A stretch of 16,657 nucleotides of DNA from Candidatus Fermentibacteraceae bacterium (lineage in GTDB: Bacteria; Fermentibacterota; Fermentibacteria; Fermentibacterales; JCC-6): NCBI GenBank assembly GCA_041686025.1, contig JAWLEP010000050.1, positions 1 to 16,657 of the forward strand, given 5' to 3'. A program made the translations under genes and the position numbers. The notes below the pieces were generated by a model. It saw only the letters and a list, made by a program, of their open reading frames with translations. It was not told the origin of the DNA and searched no databases. The first letter of the stretch is position 1; each line of letters opens with the position of its first letter. Below are positions 8,212 through 16,063 of this stretch, in pieces.

Positions 8212-8793
8212 ATGGCTGCAAGGGTAACCAACGTGCTGATCTGCGGAACCGGCGGCCAGGGCATACTCACCGCCAGCGAGGTGCTCAGCTCCGCTGCACA
8301 GGCCGCCGGCTTCGACGTCAAGAAGAGCGAGGTCCACGGCATGGCCCAGCGGGGCGGAAGCGTCACCAGCCACGTCCGCTACGGAGAGAAGGTATACAGC
8401 CCGCTGATAGAGCGGGGGACGGCGGACGTAATACTGGCCATGGAGAAGCTGGAGGCTCTGCGCTGGATGCACTTCCTGGGGCCGGAGGGGCGCATGCTGG
8501 TCTGCGACCTGGAGATAAACCCTCTCACGGTGAACATCGGCCGGGCCGAGTACCCGGACACCGACTCCATGCTGGAGGACTGCGGCGCTCCCTACTCCCT
8601 GATCCCCGCCTTCGACGTGGCCGAGGAGCTGGGCAACATGAAGGTGGTGAACACGGTGATGCTGGGGGCGCTGGCCAGCAGGCTGGAGCTGCCGGCGGAG
8701 GCGTGGTCGGCCGCCGTGGAGGAGCGTCTGCCGGAGAAGGCTCTGGAGGTGAACCGGAAGGCCTTCGAGGAGGGCCGGAGGCTGGCCGGCTGA
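8212..8793 (+). CDS. iorB: Indolepyruvate:ferredoxin oxidoreductase beta subunit
   Basis: Motifs GTGGQGILTAS, SEVHGMAQRGGSV, YSPLI, NTVMLGAL, VNRKAFEEG; starts 1 nt after iorA. Confidence 0.95.
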   Translation: MAARVTNVLICGTGGQGILTASEVLSSAAQAAGFDVKKSEVHGMAQRGGSVTSHVRYGEKVYSPLIERGTADVILAMEKLEALRWMHFLGPEGRMLVCDLEINPLTVNIGRAEYPDTDSMLEDCGAPYSLIPAFDVAEELGNMKVVNTVMLGALASRLELPAEAWSAAVEERLPEKALEVNRKAFEEGRRLAG

Positions 8794-8809
8794 TTGCCGG
8801 GGACTCCGT

Positions 8810-8847
8810 AACAGAAGGGGAGCGGCGGCCGCCGCTCCCCCTCCGTT
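8810..8847. terminator. GC-rich hairpin between convergent operons (probable bidirectional terminator or 3' stabiliser)
   Basis: Perfect 24-bp palindrome GGGGAGCGGCGGCCGCCGCTCCCC (8817-8840) with imperfect flanking pairing. No strong U-tract on either strand. Confidence 0.55.
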
Positions 8848-8860
8848 CTCCGCCGGTGCC

Positions 8861-10030
8861 TCAGCCCCTGGCGGCGTCCAGGGGATCGGCGGGAAGGCCT
8901 TTCTCCTCCCGCCACGCCCGCAGGACGGGGCGCACGTCGGTCATGAAGGCGTCGCGAAGGATCCTCTCCGCCTTCATGGGATCGGGGGCGTTCCGGGCCT
9001 CCTTCAGCTCCTCGGGGTTCACCACCAGCGCCCGGGCGAAGGCCATCTCGATGTTGGCCACCGACTGAAGCAACCCCTCGAAGGGGTCCCCCACCCTGGT
9101 GGCTATGTCCAGCTCCATGGGCAGGTGGGCCACCTTGACCAGGCCCGCCCTCTCGGCCGCCAGCAGGTTCAGGAAGAACCGGAAGAGCCTTCCGGAGTTC
9201 AGCGAGCCCGGAGGCAGCTTGCCCTGGGAGAGGCGGTTGTCCGACAGGCGTACCGCGCCCAGGACCTTCTGGTGCAGCATGGCGGTGATCACGCTGTTGA
9301 GGCTCTCCCCCGGAAGCAGGCTGGCGAAGTCCAGCAGGACCCGGAAGGAGGGGTCGGTCTCGCGGCAGAGCCAGGCGGCCGTGCCCCAGTCGGGGACCGC
9401 GGTGGAGCAGAAGCTGGGATCGTAGGGTCTGAACTCCAGCATCATGCTCTCGCTCTTGCGTACCTTCATCCCGATCTGGCGCAGCCCGCTGAGTATCCGC
9501 TCCATCATGTCCGGCAGGCTGTTCTGGCCGGGGGTGTCGATTCCGTCGGGAATCCAGAGGACCACCTGGCGGCAGCCGATCCTGCGCATCAGCTCCATCA
9601 CCTGGTTGGCGTAGTTGATGCAGGCCACCCGGATCTCGGCGTAGGGGGAGCACAGCGTGCCGTACATCAGCCGGTCGTCCAGCACTCCGCTCTTGCGGGG
9701 CACGAAGATGTCGGCGTAGACGGAGGCGGCGCTGAGCCCTTTCTCCCCGATCAGCTTGCCGAGGCTCTCGGCCTCGTCCTCGCGGCGGATGTCGGCCGGT
9801 ATCCGCAGCGATACGCTCTGCCCCCGTCCGGTCAGTCCGAAGAGCCTGGCCGCCTGTTCCACCTTGTCCTTGGCGCTCCGCGGCTCCCGGCCCGTCTCGT
9901 AGGAGGCGTAGCCGCTGCCGCTCCTTCCGAACGAGCGCAGCGCAACCTGCAGTCTGAGATCGCCCAGACGCTCCATAACCGTCTTCACTTCTCTCTCACC
10001 GGCCCTTCCGAGTACGTTGGCAGCCCTCAC
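8861..10030 (-). CDS. L-rhamnose isomerase (RhaI / xylose-isomerase-like TIM barrel) homologue with degenerate active site
   Basis: Family scaffold motifs LWIPDG..PGQ, PDWGTA, ARALVV, LRDAFMTDVRP..AWREEKGLPADP. Start placed at GTG 10030 (GTGA overlap with the HD gene stop); GTG 9988 and ATG 9976 are alternatives. Confidence 0.8.
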   Translation of the reverse strand: MRAANVLGRAGEREVKTVMERLGDLRLQVALRSFGRSGSGYASYETGREPRSAKDKVEQAARLFGLTGRGQSVSLRIPADIRREDEAESLGKLIGEKGLSAASVYADIFVPRKSGVLDDRLMYGTLCSPYAEIRVACINYANQVMELMRRIGCRQVVLWIPDGIDTPGQNSLPDMMERILSGLRQIGMKVRKSESMMLEFRPYDPSFCSTAVPDWGTAAWLCRETDPSFRVLLDFASLLPGESLNSVITAMLHQKVLGAVRLSDNRLSQGKLPPGSLNSGRLFRFFLNLLAAERAGLVKVAHLPMELDIATRVGDPFEGLLQSVANIEMAFARALVVNPEELKEARNAPDPMKAERILRDAFMTDVRPVLRAWREEKGLPADPLDAARG

Positions 10031-10593
10031 AGCCCCAGCTGCGGGGCGATGGACTTCATTGCTTTCAGCGAGATGTCGACGAATGCCCTGAGGTCGTATC
10101 CTGCTTCCGAGCACTCCCTAATGTTATCACGGTTGACCGATCTGGCAAACCCTGACTTGCCCATCCTCTTGGTGACGGACCTGACCTTCACCGGCTCCAG
10201 ACAGCGCCCGGGGTACACCAGGGCGGTGGCCGTGATCAGACCGGTGAGGGACTCCGCCGCCGCCAGGAGATGGTCGAGGTCGCTCTTCCTCTCCACCCCC
10301 GTGTGCATGGCATTGTGGGCGCGGATGGCGTGAAGCGCCTCCTCGGGGAGCCTGTCCTCCAGCATCTCCGCGGACCTAAGGCCGTGGCGGGCGGGGTCGT
10401 CCTCGGTCTCCTCGTAGTCGAGGTCGTGCAGCAGGCCGGCGATTCCCCACAGGTCCCCGTCCTCGCCGCGGTCCGCCGCCAGGGCCCTCATTATGGCCTC
10501 CGTGGCCAGGCAGTGACGTCTCAGGTTCACGTTGGAGAGGTTCTCCTTCAGAAGCTCCAGGGCCTCCTCACGGGATATGCCAGAGCCTGCCAT
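10027..10593 (-). CDS. HD-superfamily (HDIG-type) metal-dependent hydrolase, 188 aa
   Basis: Motifs LRRHCLATEAIMRALA, WGIAGLLHDLDYE, HG, AIRAHN, LTGLITATALV, FARSVNR; ATG 10593 follows AAGGGAG. Confidence 0.88.
   Translation of the reverse strand: MAGSGISREEALELLKENLSNVNLRRHCLATEAIMRALAADRGEDGDLWGIAGLLHDLDYEETEDDPARHGLRSAEMLEDRLPEEALHAIRAHNAMHTGVERKSDLDHLLAAAESLTGLITATALVYPGRCLEPVKVRSVTKRMGKSGFARSVNRDNIRECSEAGYDLRAFVDISLKAMKSIAPQLGL
10121..10148 (-). promoter_or_regulatory. Candidate internal promoter for the rhaI-like gene, inside the HD gene 3' end
   Basis: Minus strand TTGCCA (10148-10143), 16 nt spacer, TAACAT (10126-10121) with a TG-n extension, in a locally AT-richer codon stretch. 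Confidence 0.35.
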
Positions 10594-12142
10594 TCCATCT
10601 CCCTTCAAGTCTCAACAGGGTGTCCAGGTCGTCGCTCTCGGTCAATGCCAGGGCCCGGCGCAGGCCGGCGGCCACCTCCGAGGGGAGCACCGAGCGGAAG
10701 GATCCCTCCGCCGCCAGTATCTCGCCGCTGAGGCCGTGCAGGTAGGCCCCGGCGGAAGCGGCCGGGCCGGGCTCCAGGCCCTGGGCCAGCAGGGAGGCGA
10801 TTATGCCCGTGAGCACGTCCCCGCTGCCCCCGGTGGCCAGCGCGCGGCCGCCGGCGGGGACCAGCGTTCTGCCGCCCTCGGGCGTCACCACCATGGTGGG
10901 CCTTCCCTTGACCAGGATGGCCGCGCCCAGCCTCCGCGCCAGGAGGCCCGCCGCGTCCCACCGGGCCTCCAGCCTCTCCTCCGGAGAGCCCGCGTCATCG
11001 CCCACCTTGGTGAGCCTGCGGAGCTCACCGGGGTGAGGGGTGAGCACGCAGTGGCCCGGGTACTCGGCCAGAGAGTCCAGGTGTCCGCCCAGGACGTTCA
11101 GGGCGTCTGCGTCCAGGACCAGGGGGATGCTCCAGTTGCGGACGATGTAGGAGACCACCTTCTCGGTGGGCTCCTCCGCACCCATCCCGGGTCCCACGGC
11201 GGCGGCCCCGAAGCCGGAGGGGTCCGGAAGGCTGGTGACGTCCCCGGGCAGGAAGTAGGAGCAGAGGGCCTCCGGGATCCGCCCGCTCACGGCCGGGGCG
11301 GCGGGATAGGGAACGTAGAGGTGGACCAGCCCCACGCCTGACCTCAGCGCTCCCAGGGCCATCAGCTGTGGGGCGCCGGGCATGCTCTCCGCCCCTCCCA
11401 GCAGCAGAAGCCTGCCGTTGCTGCCCTTGTGGGCGTCCACCGGCACCTCCGGCAGAAGGGCCCTCACCCCCTGCAGGTCCAGGGCGACCCTGTCGGGTGT
11501 CCCGGGAACGGTAACCCCGATGGGGGCTGTGAATATGGCCCCGGCGTGTCCGCATCCAGGAGGTATCAGCAGCCCCTTCTTGGGGGCGGCGAAGCTGACG
11601 GTTACGTCGGCCCGGGGAGCCATGGGATCCACCTCGCCGGTGGCCCCGTTGACCCCGGTGGGGGAGTCCAGGGCGAGGATGGGGCAGTTGCGGTGCCTTA
11701 GGATGTTGACGCAGGCGGCAATCGAGCCCCGCAGCGAGCCGTGGAAACCGGTGCCCAGCATGGCGTCCACCGCCAGGGCGGGACGGCTGTCCTCCAGGTC
11801 CTCGAGGCGGTTCATCCCCAGTATGGTCCCGTCGGCGTCGCGGAACCTGGTAAGGTTGCGCAGGCAGTCCTTGGAGAGCTTCTCGTAGTCTGTGGCCGCC
11901 AGCACCACCACCACCTCGTAGCCGGCGGCGGCCATGTGCCGGGCCAGTACGAAGCCGTCGCCGCCGTTGTTGCCCGGGCCGGCCCAGACCTCCACCCGAC
12001 TGCTCTGCTGCGGCACCATCCTCATGGCCAGGTTGGCCGCGAACCGGCCCGCCCGCTCCATCAGCTGGTCGCCGGGGGTGCCCCTAGCGATGGTCTGCCT
12101 GTCGTAATCGGCCATCTCCGAAGGTGTTACCCAATAGCTCAT
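10568..12142 (-). CDS. nnr: Bifunctional NAD(P)H-hydrate epimerase/dehydratase (YjeF), 524 aa
   Basis: YjeF_N motifs LMERAG, GPGNNGGDG, DAMLGTG; dehydratase motifs HKG, GPGMG, DADALN, TPHPGE, LATGGSGDVLTG. Start ATG 12142 overlaps the acpS stop (ATGA). Confidence 0.93.
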   Translation of the reverse strand: MSYWVTPSEMADYDRQTIARGTPGDQLMERAGRFAANLAMRMVPQQSSRVEVWAGPGNNGGDGFVLARHMAAAGYEVVVVLAATDYEKLSKDCLRNLTRFRDADGTILGMNRLEDLEDSRPALAVDAMLGTGFHGSLRGSIAACVNILRHRNCPILALDSPTGVNGATGEVDPMAPRADVTVSFAAPKKGLLIPPGCGHAGAIFTAPIGVTVPGTPDRVALDLQGVRALLPEVPVDAHKGSNGRLLLLGGAESMPGAPQLMALGALRSGVGLVHLYVPYPAAPAVSGRIPEALCSYFLPGDVTSLPDPSGFGAAAVGPGMGAEEPTEKVVSYIVRNWSIPLVLDADALNVLGGHLDSLAEYPGHCVLTPHPGELRRLTKVGDDAGSPEERLEARWDAAGLLARRLGAAILVKGRPTMVVTPEGGRTLVPAGGRALATGGSGDVLTGIIASLLAQGLEPGPAASAGAYLHGLSGEILAAEGSFRSVLPSEVAAGLRRALALTESDDLDTLLRLEGRWNGRLWHIP

Positions 12143-12513
12143 CTCTCTTCTCCCCCTACGATCACGAATGCGGCGGCAAGCTCGTCGGTGTGCGACAGGC
12201 TGACCTTCGCGCTGCGGCCGGCCAGCAGCTCGGCCGCCCTTCCGCCAATCTCCAGCCTGGGAGGCCCGCCGGGCTCGCGGAGGACCTCCACGTCGTGCCA
12301 GCCCACCCCCTGGGCCAGCCCGGTGCCGATGGCCTTGAGGAAGGCCTCCTTGGCCGCGAACCTGGCGGCCAGCGACCGCCCGCCCTCCGGGGCATGGGCC
12401 AGCTCGCGACGGGTGAAGAGCCGCTGCAGCAGGCGGTGTCCATACCTGCGCAGGGACTCTTCGAACCGGGGCACGCTGACCATGTCCACCCCCGGGCTGA
12501 GCTCGGAGGGCAT
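12139..12513 (-). CDS. acpS: Holo-[acyl-carrier-protein] synthase
   Basis: Motifs GVDMV..RF, FTRRE, LAARFAAKEAFLKAIGTG, G.P, VSLSH; acpS-nnr adjacency is common. Confidence 0.93.
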   Translation of the reverse strand: MPSELSPGVDMVSVPRFEESLRRYGHRLLQRLFTRRELAHAPEGGRSLAARFAAKEAFLKAIGTGLAQGVGWHDVEVLREPGGPPRLEIGGRAAELLAGRSAKVSLSHTDELAAAFVIVGGEER

Positions 12514-13529
12514 CAGCCCGCCTCCCCATCGACCAGGGCGGTGAGCTCTCCCCCCGGCCAGCGGGCGAATGCGTTGGCCGACAGGGGCGAGCGGGCACCC
12601 GGGTCCCGGTCCAGCACGGCGGCCGCCGCCCTGCCCACCATCACGGCGTTGTCGGTGGACAGCCCCGGCCCCGGAAGCAGGAGCTCCAGGCCCTGCCCGG
12701 CGGCCCCCCGGGAGAGCATCTCCCGCAGCAGGCCGTTGGCGGTGACCCCTCCGCCCGCCATCACAGTGGACGCCTTCGCCCGCTCCGCCTGGCGAAGGGT
12801 CTTCGAGGCCAGTATCCCGCAGACCGCCCGCTGGAAGGACGCCGCCAGGTCGGCGGGGTCGGCCCCGGCCTCCAGGCTCAGCCTGAACGCCGTCTTCAGC
12901 CCGCTGAAGCTGAACTCCGGCAGGTCGGGGTCGGACAGCGGCCGGGGAAGGTCCACCGCATGCGGATCTCCCTTCCGGGCCAGGGCCTCCAGCTCCGCCC
13001 CTCCGGGGAAGCCCAGGCCCAGCAGCTTGGCCGCCTTGTCGAAGGCCTCGCCGGCGGCGTCATCCCGGGTGGAGCCCAGGAGCTCCATCCGGTCCCATCG
13101 CTGCACCTTCATCAGGCTGGTGTGTCCGCCGGAGGCGATCAGGGCCACGGCGGGGAATTCCACCGCTCTCCCGGAGTAGTGTACGTACAGGTGGGCGGCC
13201 AGGTGGTTAATGGCCAGGAAGGGTACGCCTCGGGCCCAGGCCGCAGCCTTGGTCCAGGACAGACCCACCAGAAGCGAGCCCACCAGACCGGGCCCGGCGG
13301 TGGCCGCCATGGCCTCTACCTCCTCCAGCCCGACGCCGGCTTCATCCAGCGCCCTCTCCACCAGGTCCGGCAGCGTACGGAGGTGCATGCGGGATGCTAT
13401 CTCCGGCACCACTCCCCCGTAGTCCCCGTGGCCGGCCTGGCCGGAAACCACGGAGGAGAGGGGGCGGCAGCCGTCCAGGACGGCCACCGCCGAATCGTCG
13501 CAGGAGGACTCCACCGCCAGAAGAAGCAA
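12513..13529 (-). CDS. tsaD: tRNA N6-adenosine threonylcarbamoyltransferase, 338 aa
   Basis: Motifs ESSCDD, YGGVVPEIASRMH, GPGLVGSLLVG, NHLAAH, SGGHT, TRDDAAGEAFDK, FSFSGLKTA, GGVTAN, TDNAVMVG. TTG start at 13529 follows GAGGAG. Confidence 0.93.
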   Translation of the reverse strand: MLLLAVESSCDDSAVAVLDGCRPLSSVVSGQAGHGDYGGVVPEIASRMHLRTLPDLVERALDEAGVGLEEVEAMAATAGPGLVGSLLVGLSWTKAAAWARGVPFLAINHLAAHLYVHYSGRAVEFPAVALIASGGHTSLMKVQRWDRMELLGSTRDDAAGEAFDKAAKLLGLGFPGGAELEALARKGDPHAVDLPRPLSDPDLPEFSFSGLKTAFRLSLEAGADPADLAASFQRAVCGILASKTLRQAERAKASTVMAGGGVTANGLLREMLSRGAAGQGLELLLPGPGLSTDNAVMVGRAAAAVLDRDPGARSPLSANAFARWPGGELTALVDGEAG

Positions 13530-13530
13530 G

Positions 13531-14061
13531 CTACTCCTCTTTCTCCCCGGCCGGCTCCGTATCGGTGGCGGTCTCCTCGGCTGACTCCGTCTCCTCCTCC
13601 GGGGCCTTCTGGGGAGAGTCGGTGTCCACAACCACCTTGACCCTGCCGGAGATCTCGCCGTGGAGGTTGATCTCCACCTCGTGCTCTCCCACCTGCTTCA
13701 GGTGGCCGTCGGGCAGGCGGACCTGGCGGCGTCCGATGTCGAATCCCTTCTCCGAGAGGGCGGCGGCGATGTCGCGCTCGGAGACGCTTCCGTAGAGGTG
13801 GCCGTTCTCGTCGGCGGTCTCGTTGAACGCGACCGACACTCCCGAGATCTTCTCCGCCAGCACGGAGGCCGCGCTCTCCAGCTCGCGTTCCTCCTCCTCG
13901 GCCCTCTGGCGGTAGATGTCGGCGCTCTTCATTGCGCTCTTGGTGGCCTTGGTGGCCAGCTTCTTGGGGAAGAGGTAGTTGCGGGCATAGCCGGCAGCCA
14001 CGTCCACCACCTCCCCCGCCTTGCCCAGGTCGCGGACGGTCCTAATCAGAAGAACCTTCAT
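13531..14061 (-). CDS. rplI: 50S ribosomal protein L9 with acidic C-terminal tail, 176 aa
   Basis: MKVLL...LGKAGEVVDVAAGYARNYLFP and G.LYGSV; start reassigned to ATG 14061. Confidence 0.95.
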   Translation of the reverse strand: MKVLLIRTVRDLGKAGEVVDVAAGYARNYLFPKKLATKATKSAMKSADIYRQRAEEEERELESAASVLAEKISGVSVAFNETADENGHLYGSVSERDIAAALSEKGFDIGRRQVRLPDGHLKQVGEHEVEINLHGEISGRVKVVVDTDSPQKAPEEETESAEETATDTEPAGEKEE

Positions 14062-14944
14062 CTCTTTTCCTCGCAATCCTTGCAGTTATCATCTCTCTGA
14101 AGTCGAACCAGGTGTCCAGCAGCCCCCCCACGGCCAGCAACGCCGCCCCCACGTGGGGAAGCAGCACCAGCAGAAGCACCAGGGGCAGCGGGGACATTCC
14201 CAGGCCCCTCACCCCCACCAGGACTATGTCCAGCCCCACAACCAGGTAGGGCAGGGCCATGAAGATCAGGACGTTGTCGGCCCACACTCCCAGTCCGCCC
14301 GGGGCTGCCGGAAGCAGCCTGGCGGCCAGGGCCGCGATCACCGCCCAGGCCGGGGCCAGACCCAGCCGGAGGCTGCCCCTGGGGGGCAGCTCCAGACGCC
14401 GGGAGTCCGCCAGCCTGGCCAGGAAGACCGTGGCCAGTATGCCTCCGGTGCATATCCAGACCGCTGCCGCACCCGGCAGTATGCGGAAGGAGGCGCTTAT
14501 CACGTCCGCCGCCTCCCCGGCGGAGAAGCCCATGGAGGTCAGCATCTCGCGCCATACCTGCCCCTGCTCCCCGTAGGGGAACATGAAAACGCTCCCGGGG
14601 CTGGCGAAGAACAGCAGGGCTCCGCCCATCATGGCTGCGGAGCATACGGCCGCCGACTCCGTAAGCGTCCTGCCCCTGCTGAGGGACAGGAACAGGCTGC
14701 AGGAGCCCAGGGCCGTCATGGCCGCCGCCTGCGGCCCCGCCAGCAGCAGAAGCCCCGCCGTGGCCACGGCGCAGGCCGCCAGCCCGCGGCCCAGGTTCTC
14801 CAGCAGCAGCAGCGCCACCACCGAAGCCCCCAGGAACGGCAGGCCAACCACCGCCAGCAGGAAGCCCACAAGTATCTTGCCCAGGGTGTCCCCCGGGCGC
14901 GGCGCTGCGCCCGCTCCGGCCAAGGTACCGCCTCTCCGTCCCAT
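14042..14944 (-). CDS. DUF2232/YybS-like membrane protein
   Basis: Polytopic hydrophobic protein ending GLLDTWFDFR, in the conserved position between rpsR and rplI. Confidence 0.75.
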   Translation of the reverse strand: MGRRGGTLAGAGAAPRPGDTLGKILVGFLLAVVGLPFLGASVVALLLLENLGRGLAACAVATAGLLLLAGPQAAAMTALGSCSLFLSLSRGRTLTESAAVCSAAMMGGALLFFASPGSVFMFPYGEQGQVWREMLTSMGFSAGEAADVISASFRILPGAAAVWICTGGILATVFLARLADSRRLELPPRGSLRLGLAPAWAVIAALAARLLPAAPGGLGVWADNVLIFMALPYLVVGLDIVLVGVRGLGMSPLPLVLLLVLLPHVGAALLAVGGLLDTWFDFREMITARIARKRDEGSSD

Positions 14945-14952
14945 GGGAGTTC

Positions 14953-15207
14953 CTACCTGTAGTGCTCCCTGACGTAGGGGGCCAGCGCCAGGAAACGGGC
15001 TATCTTAATGGCCTTGGCCAGCTCGCGCTGGTGTCTGGCGCAGTTGCCCGATACCCTCCTGGCCACGATCTTGCCGCGGTCGGAGATGTAGCGCATCATC
15101 AGCTTCTGGTCCTTGTAGTTGATCTCCAGACCCGGCCGGGAGCAGAACCTGCACTTCTTCTTGCGGCCGGACCTGGCTCCCTTTCTCTTCTTCTTCCTTC
15201 TTGCCAA
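14953..15207 (-). CDS. rpsR: 30S ribosomal protein S18 (zinc-binding C+ type)
   Basis: CRFC...INYKD...YISDRGKIVARRVSGNCARHQRELAKAIKIARFLALAPY; TTG start after GAGGA. Confidence 0.96.
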   Translation of the reverse strand: MARRKKKRKGARSGRKKKCRFCSRPGLEINYKDQKLMMRYISDRGKIVARRVSGNCARHQRELAKAIKIARFLALAPYVREHYR

Positions 15208-15233
15208 AGGAATTCCTCTCTATTTCGCTTTTC

Positions 15234-15584
15234 CTATTCAGGCGCGTCCAGCACCTGAACCCGTGCTGCCTTGATCACCATCCTGTAGTGGACCACACCG
15301 GTGCGGTCCTCGAATGCCCTGCTGGCGGCGTATCCCTCCACCAGCAACTGAGCGTGCCCCTGAATCCTCCGGTCCATGCTCCTGGCCAGGTCTCCCCACA
15401 TCTCCACCCCGAGCACCGAGGTGATCTCGCGCGGCTCCCTGCCGGGGGCCGGATCGGTGGTGACCACGTTCTCCAGCTGCAGCTCCAGCAGCCATGCTCC
15501 GCTGCGGGTCCTCTCCAGGCTCTTCCTGGTCAGGACACTGCCGGAGACGACCAGGTAGTTGACCTCCGGGGGCAGATGTTCCAT
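15234..15584 (-). CDS. Second single-stranded DNA-binding OB-fold protein without acidic tail (SSB paralog / PriB-like), 116 aa
   Basis: MEHLPPEVNYLVVSGSV...SG...VEMWGDLA...LLVEGY...FEDRTG...IKAARVQVL aligns by eye along the OB fold of the adjacent SSB. Start reassigned to ATG 15584, 17 nt after the ssb stop. Confidence 0.8.
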   Translation of the reverse strand: MEHLPPEVNYLVVSGSVLTRKSLERTRSGAWLLELQLENVVTTDPAPGREPREITSVLGVEMWGDLARSMDRRIQGHAQLLVEGYAASRAFEDRTGVVHYRMVIKAARVQVLDAPE

Positions 15585-15601
15585 TCCGCTGTCCCGTCCG
15601 G

Positions 15602-16063
15602 CTAGAACGGGATGTCGTCGTACTCTCCGCCGGCCTCGTCCCCGTGGTCGGGCTGGTCCTGCTTTCCGTAGTCGGGGCCCTGCTGGCCGGCGGAAGGCTT
15701 CTGGTCGCGGCCGGAGTCTCCCCGCCGCTCCAGGAACTGGACCCTTCTGGCCTGGATCTCCACCCGGCTGCGGTTGGAGCCGTCCTGAGCCTGCCAGGTG
15801 CTGGTCTGCAGCTCGCCCTCTATGAGGACGGGACTGCCCTTGTGGAGATTGCTGCTCACCAGCTCGGCCGTCTTTCGCCAGGCCACCACGTCCACGAAGC
15901 ACGTCTTCTGGTGCCACTCGTTGTCCCGGCCGCGGTAGGACCTGCTGCTGGCGATGCGGAAGTTCGCCACGCTGGTCCCGCTCTGGAGGATGTTGGTCCG
16001 CGGGTCGTCAACCAGGTTTCCGGTGATGAGCACCTTGTTCAGCGAGGGCATTCGCAGGTTCAT
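15602..16063 (-). CDS. ssb: Single-stranded DNA-binding protein
   Basis: LNKVLITGNLVDDP, VVAW, KGSPVLIEGELQTSTW, and the C-terminal acidic tip EYDDIPF; abuts the rpsF stop. Confidence 0.96.
   Translation of the reverse strand: MNLRMPSLNKVLITGNLVDDPRTNILQSGTSVANFRIASSRSYRGRDNEWHQKTCFVDVVAWRKTAELVSSNLHKGSPVLIEGELQTSTWQAQDGSNRSRVEIQARRVQFLERRGDSGRDQKPSAGQQGPDYGKQDQPDHGDEAGGEYDDIPF

Noticed and set aside
8861..10030. Calling the isomerase homologue a pseudogene or a functional rhaA/rhaI
   Set aside because: The frame is full length and intact, so not a pseudogene; the catalytic residues are missing, so a functional gene symbol is unsupported.
15208..15217. Palindrome AGGAATTCCT over the rpsR RBS
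   Set aside because: Too short to form a stable hairpin; plausible by chance.
15560..15917. Possible programmed frameshift fusing ssb to the downstream paralog, whose frame is open back into ssb
   Set aside because: No slippery sequence seen; ssb ends in an intact DDIPF tip and the paralog has its own ATG.
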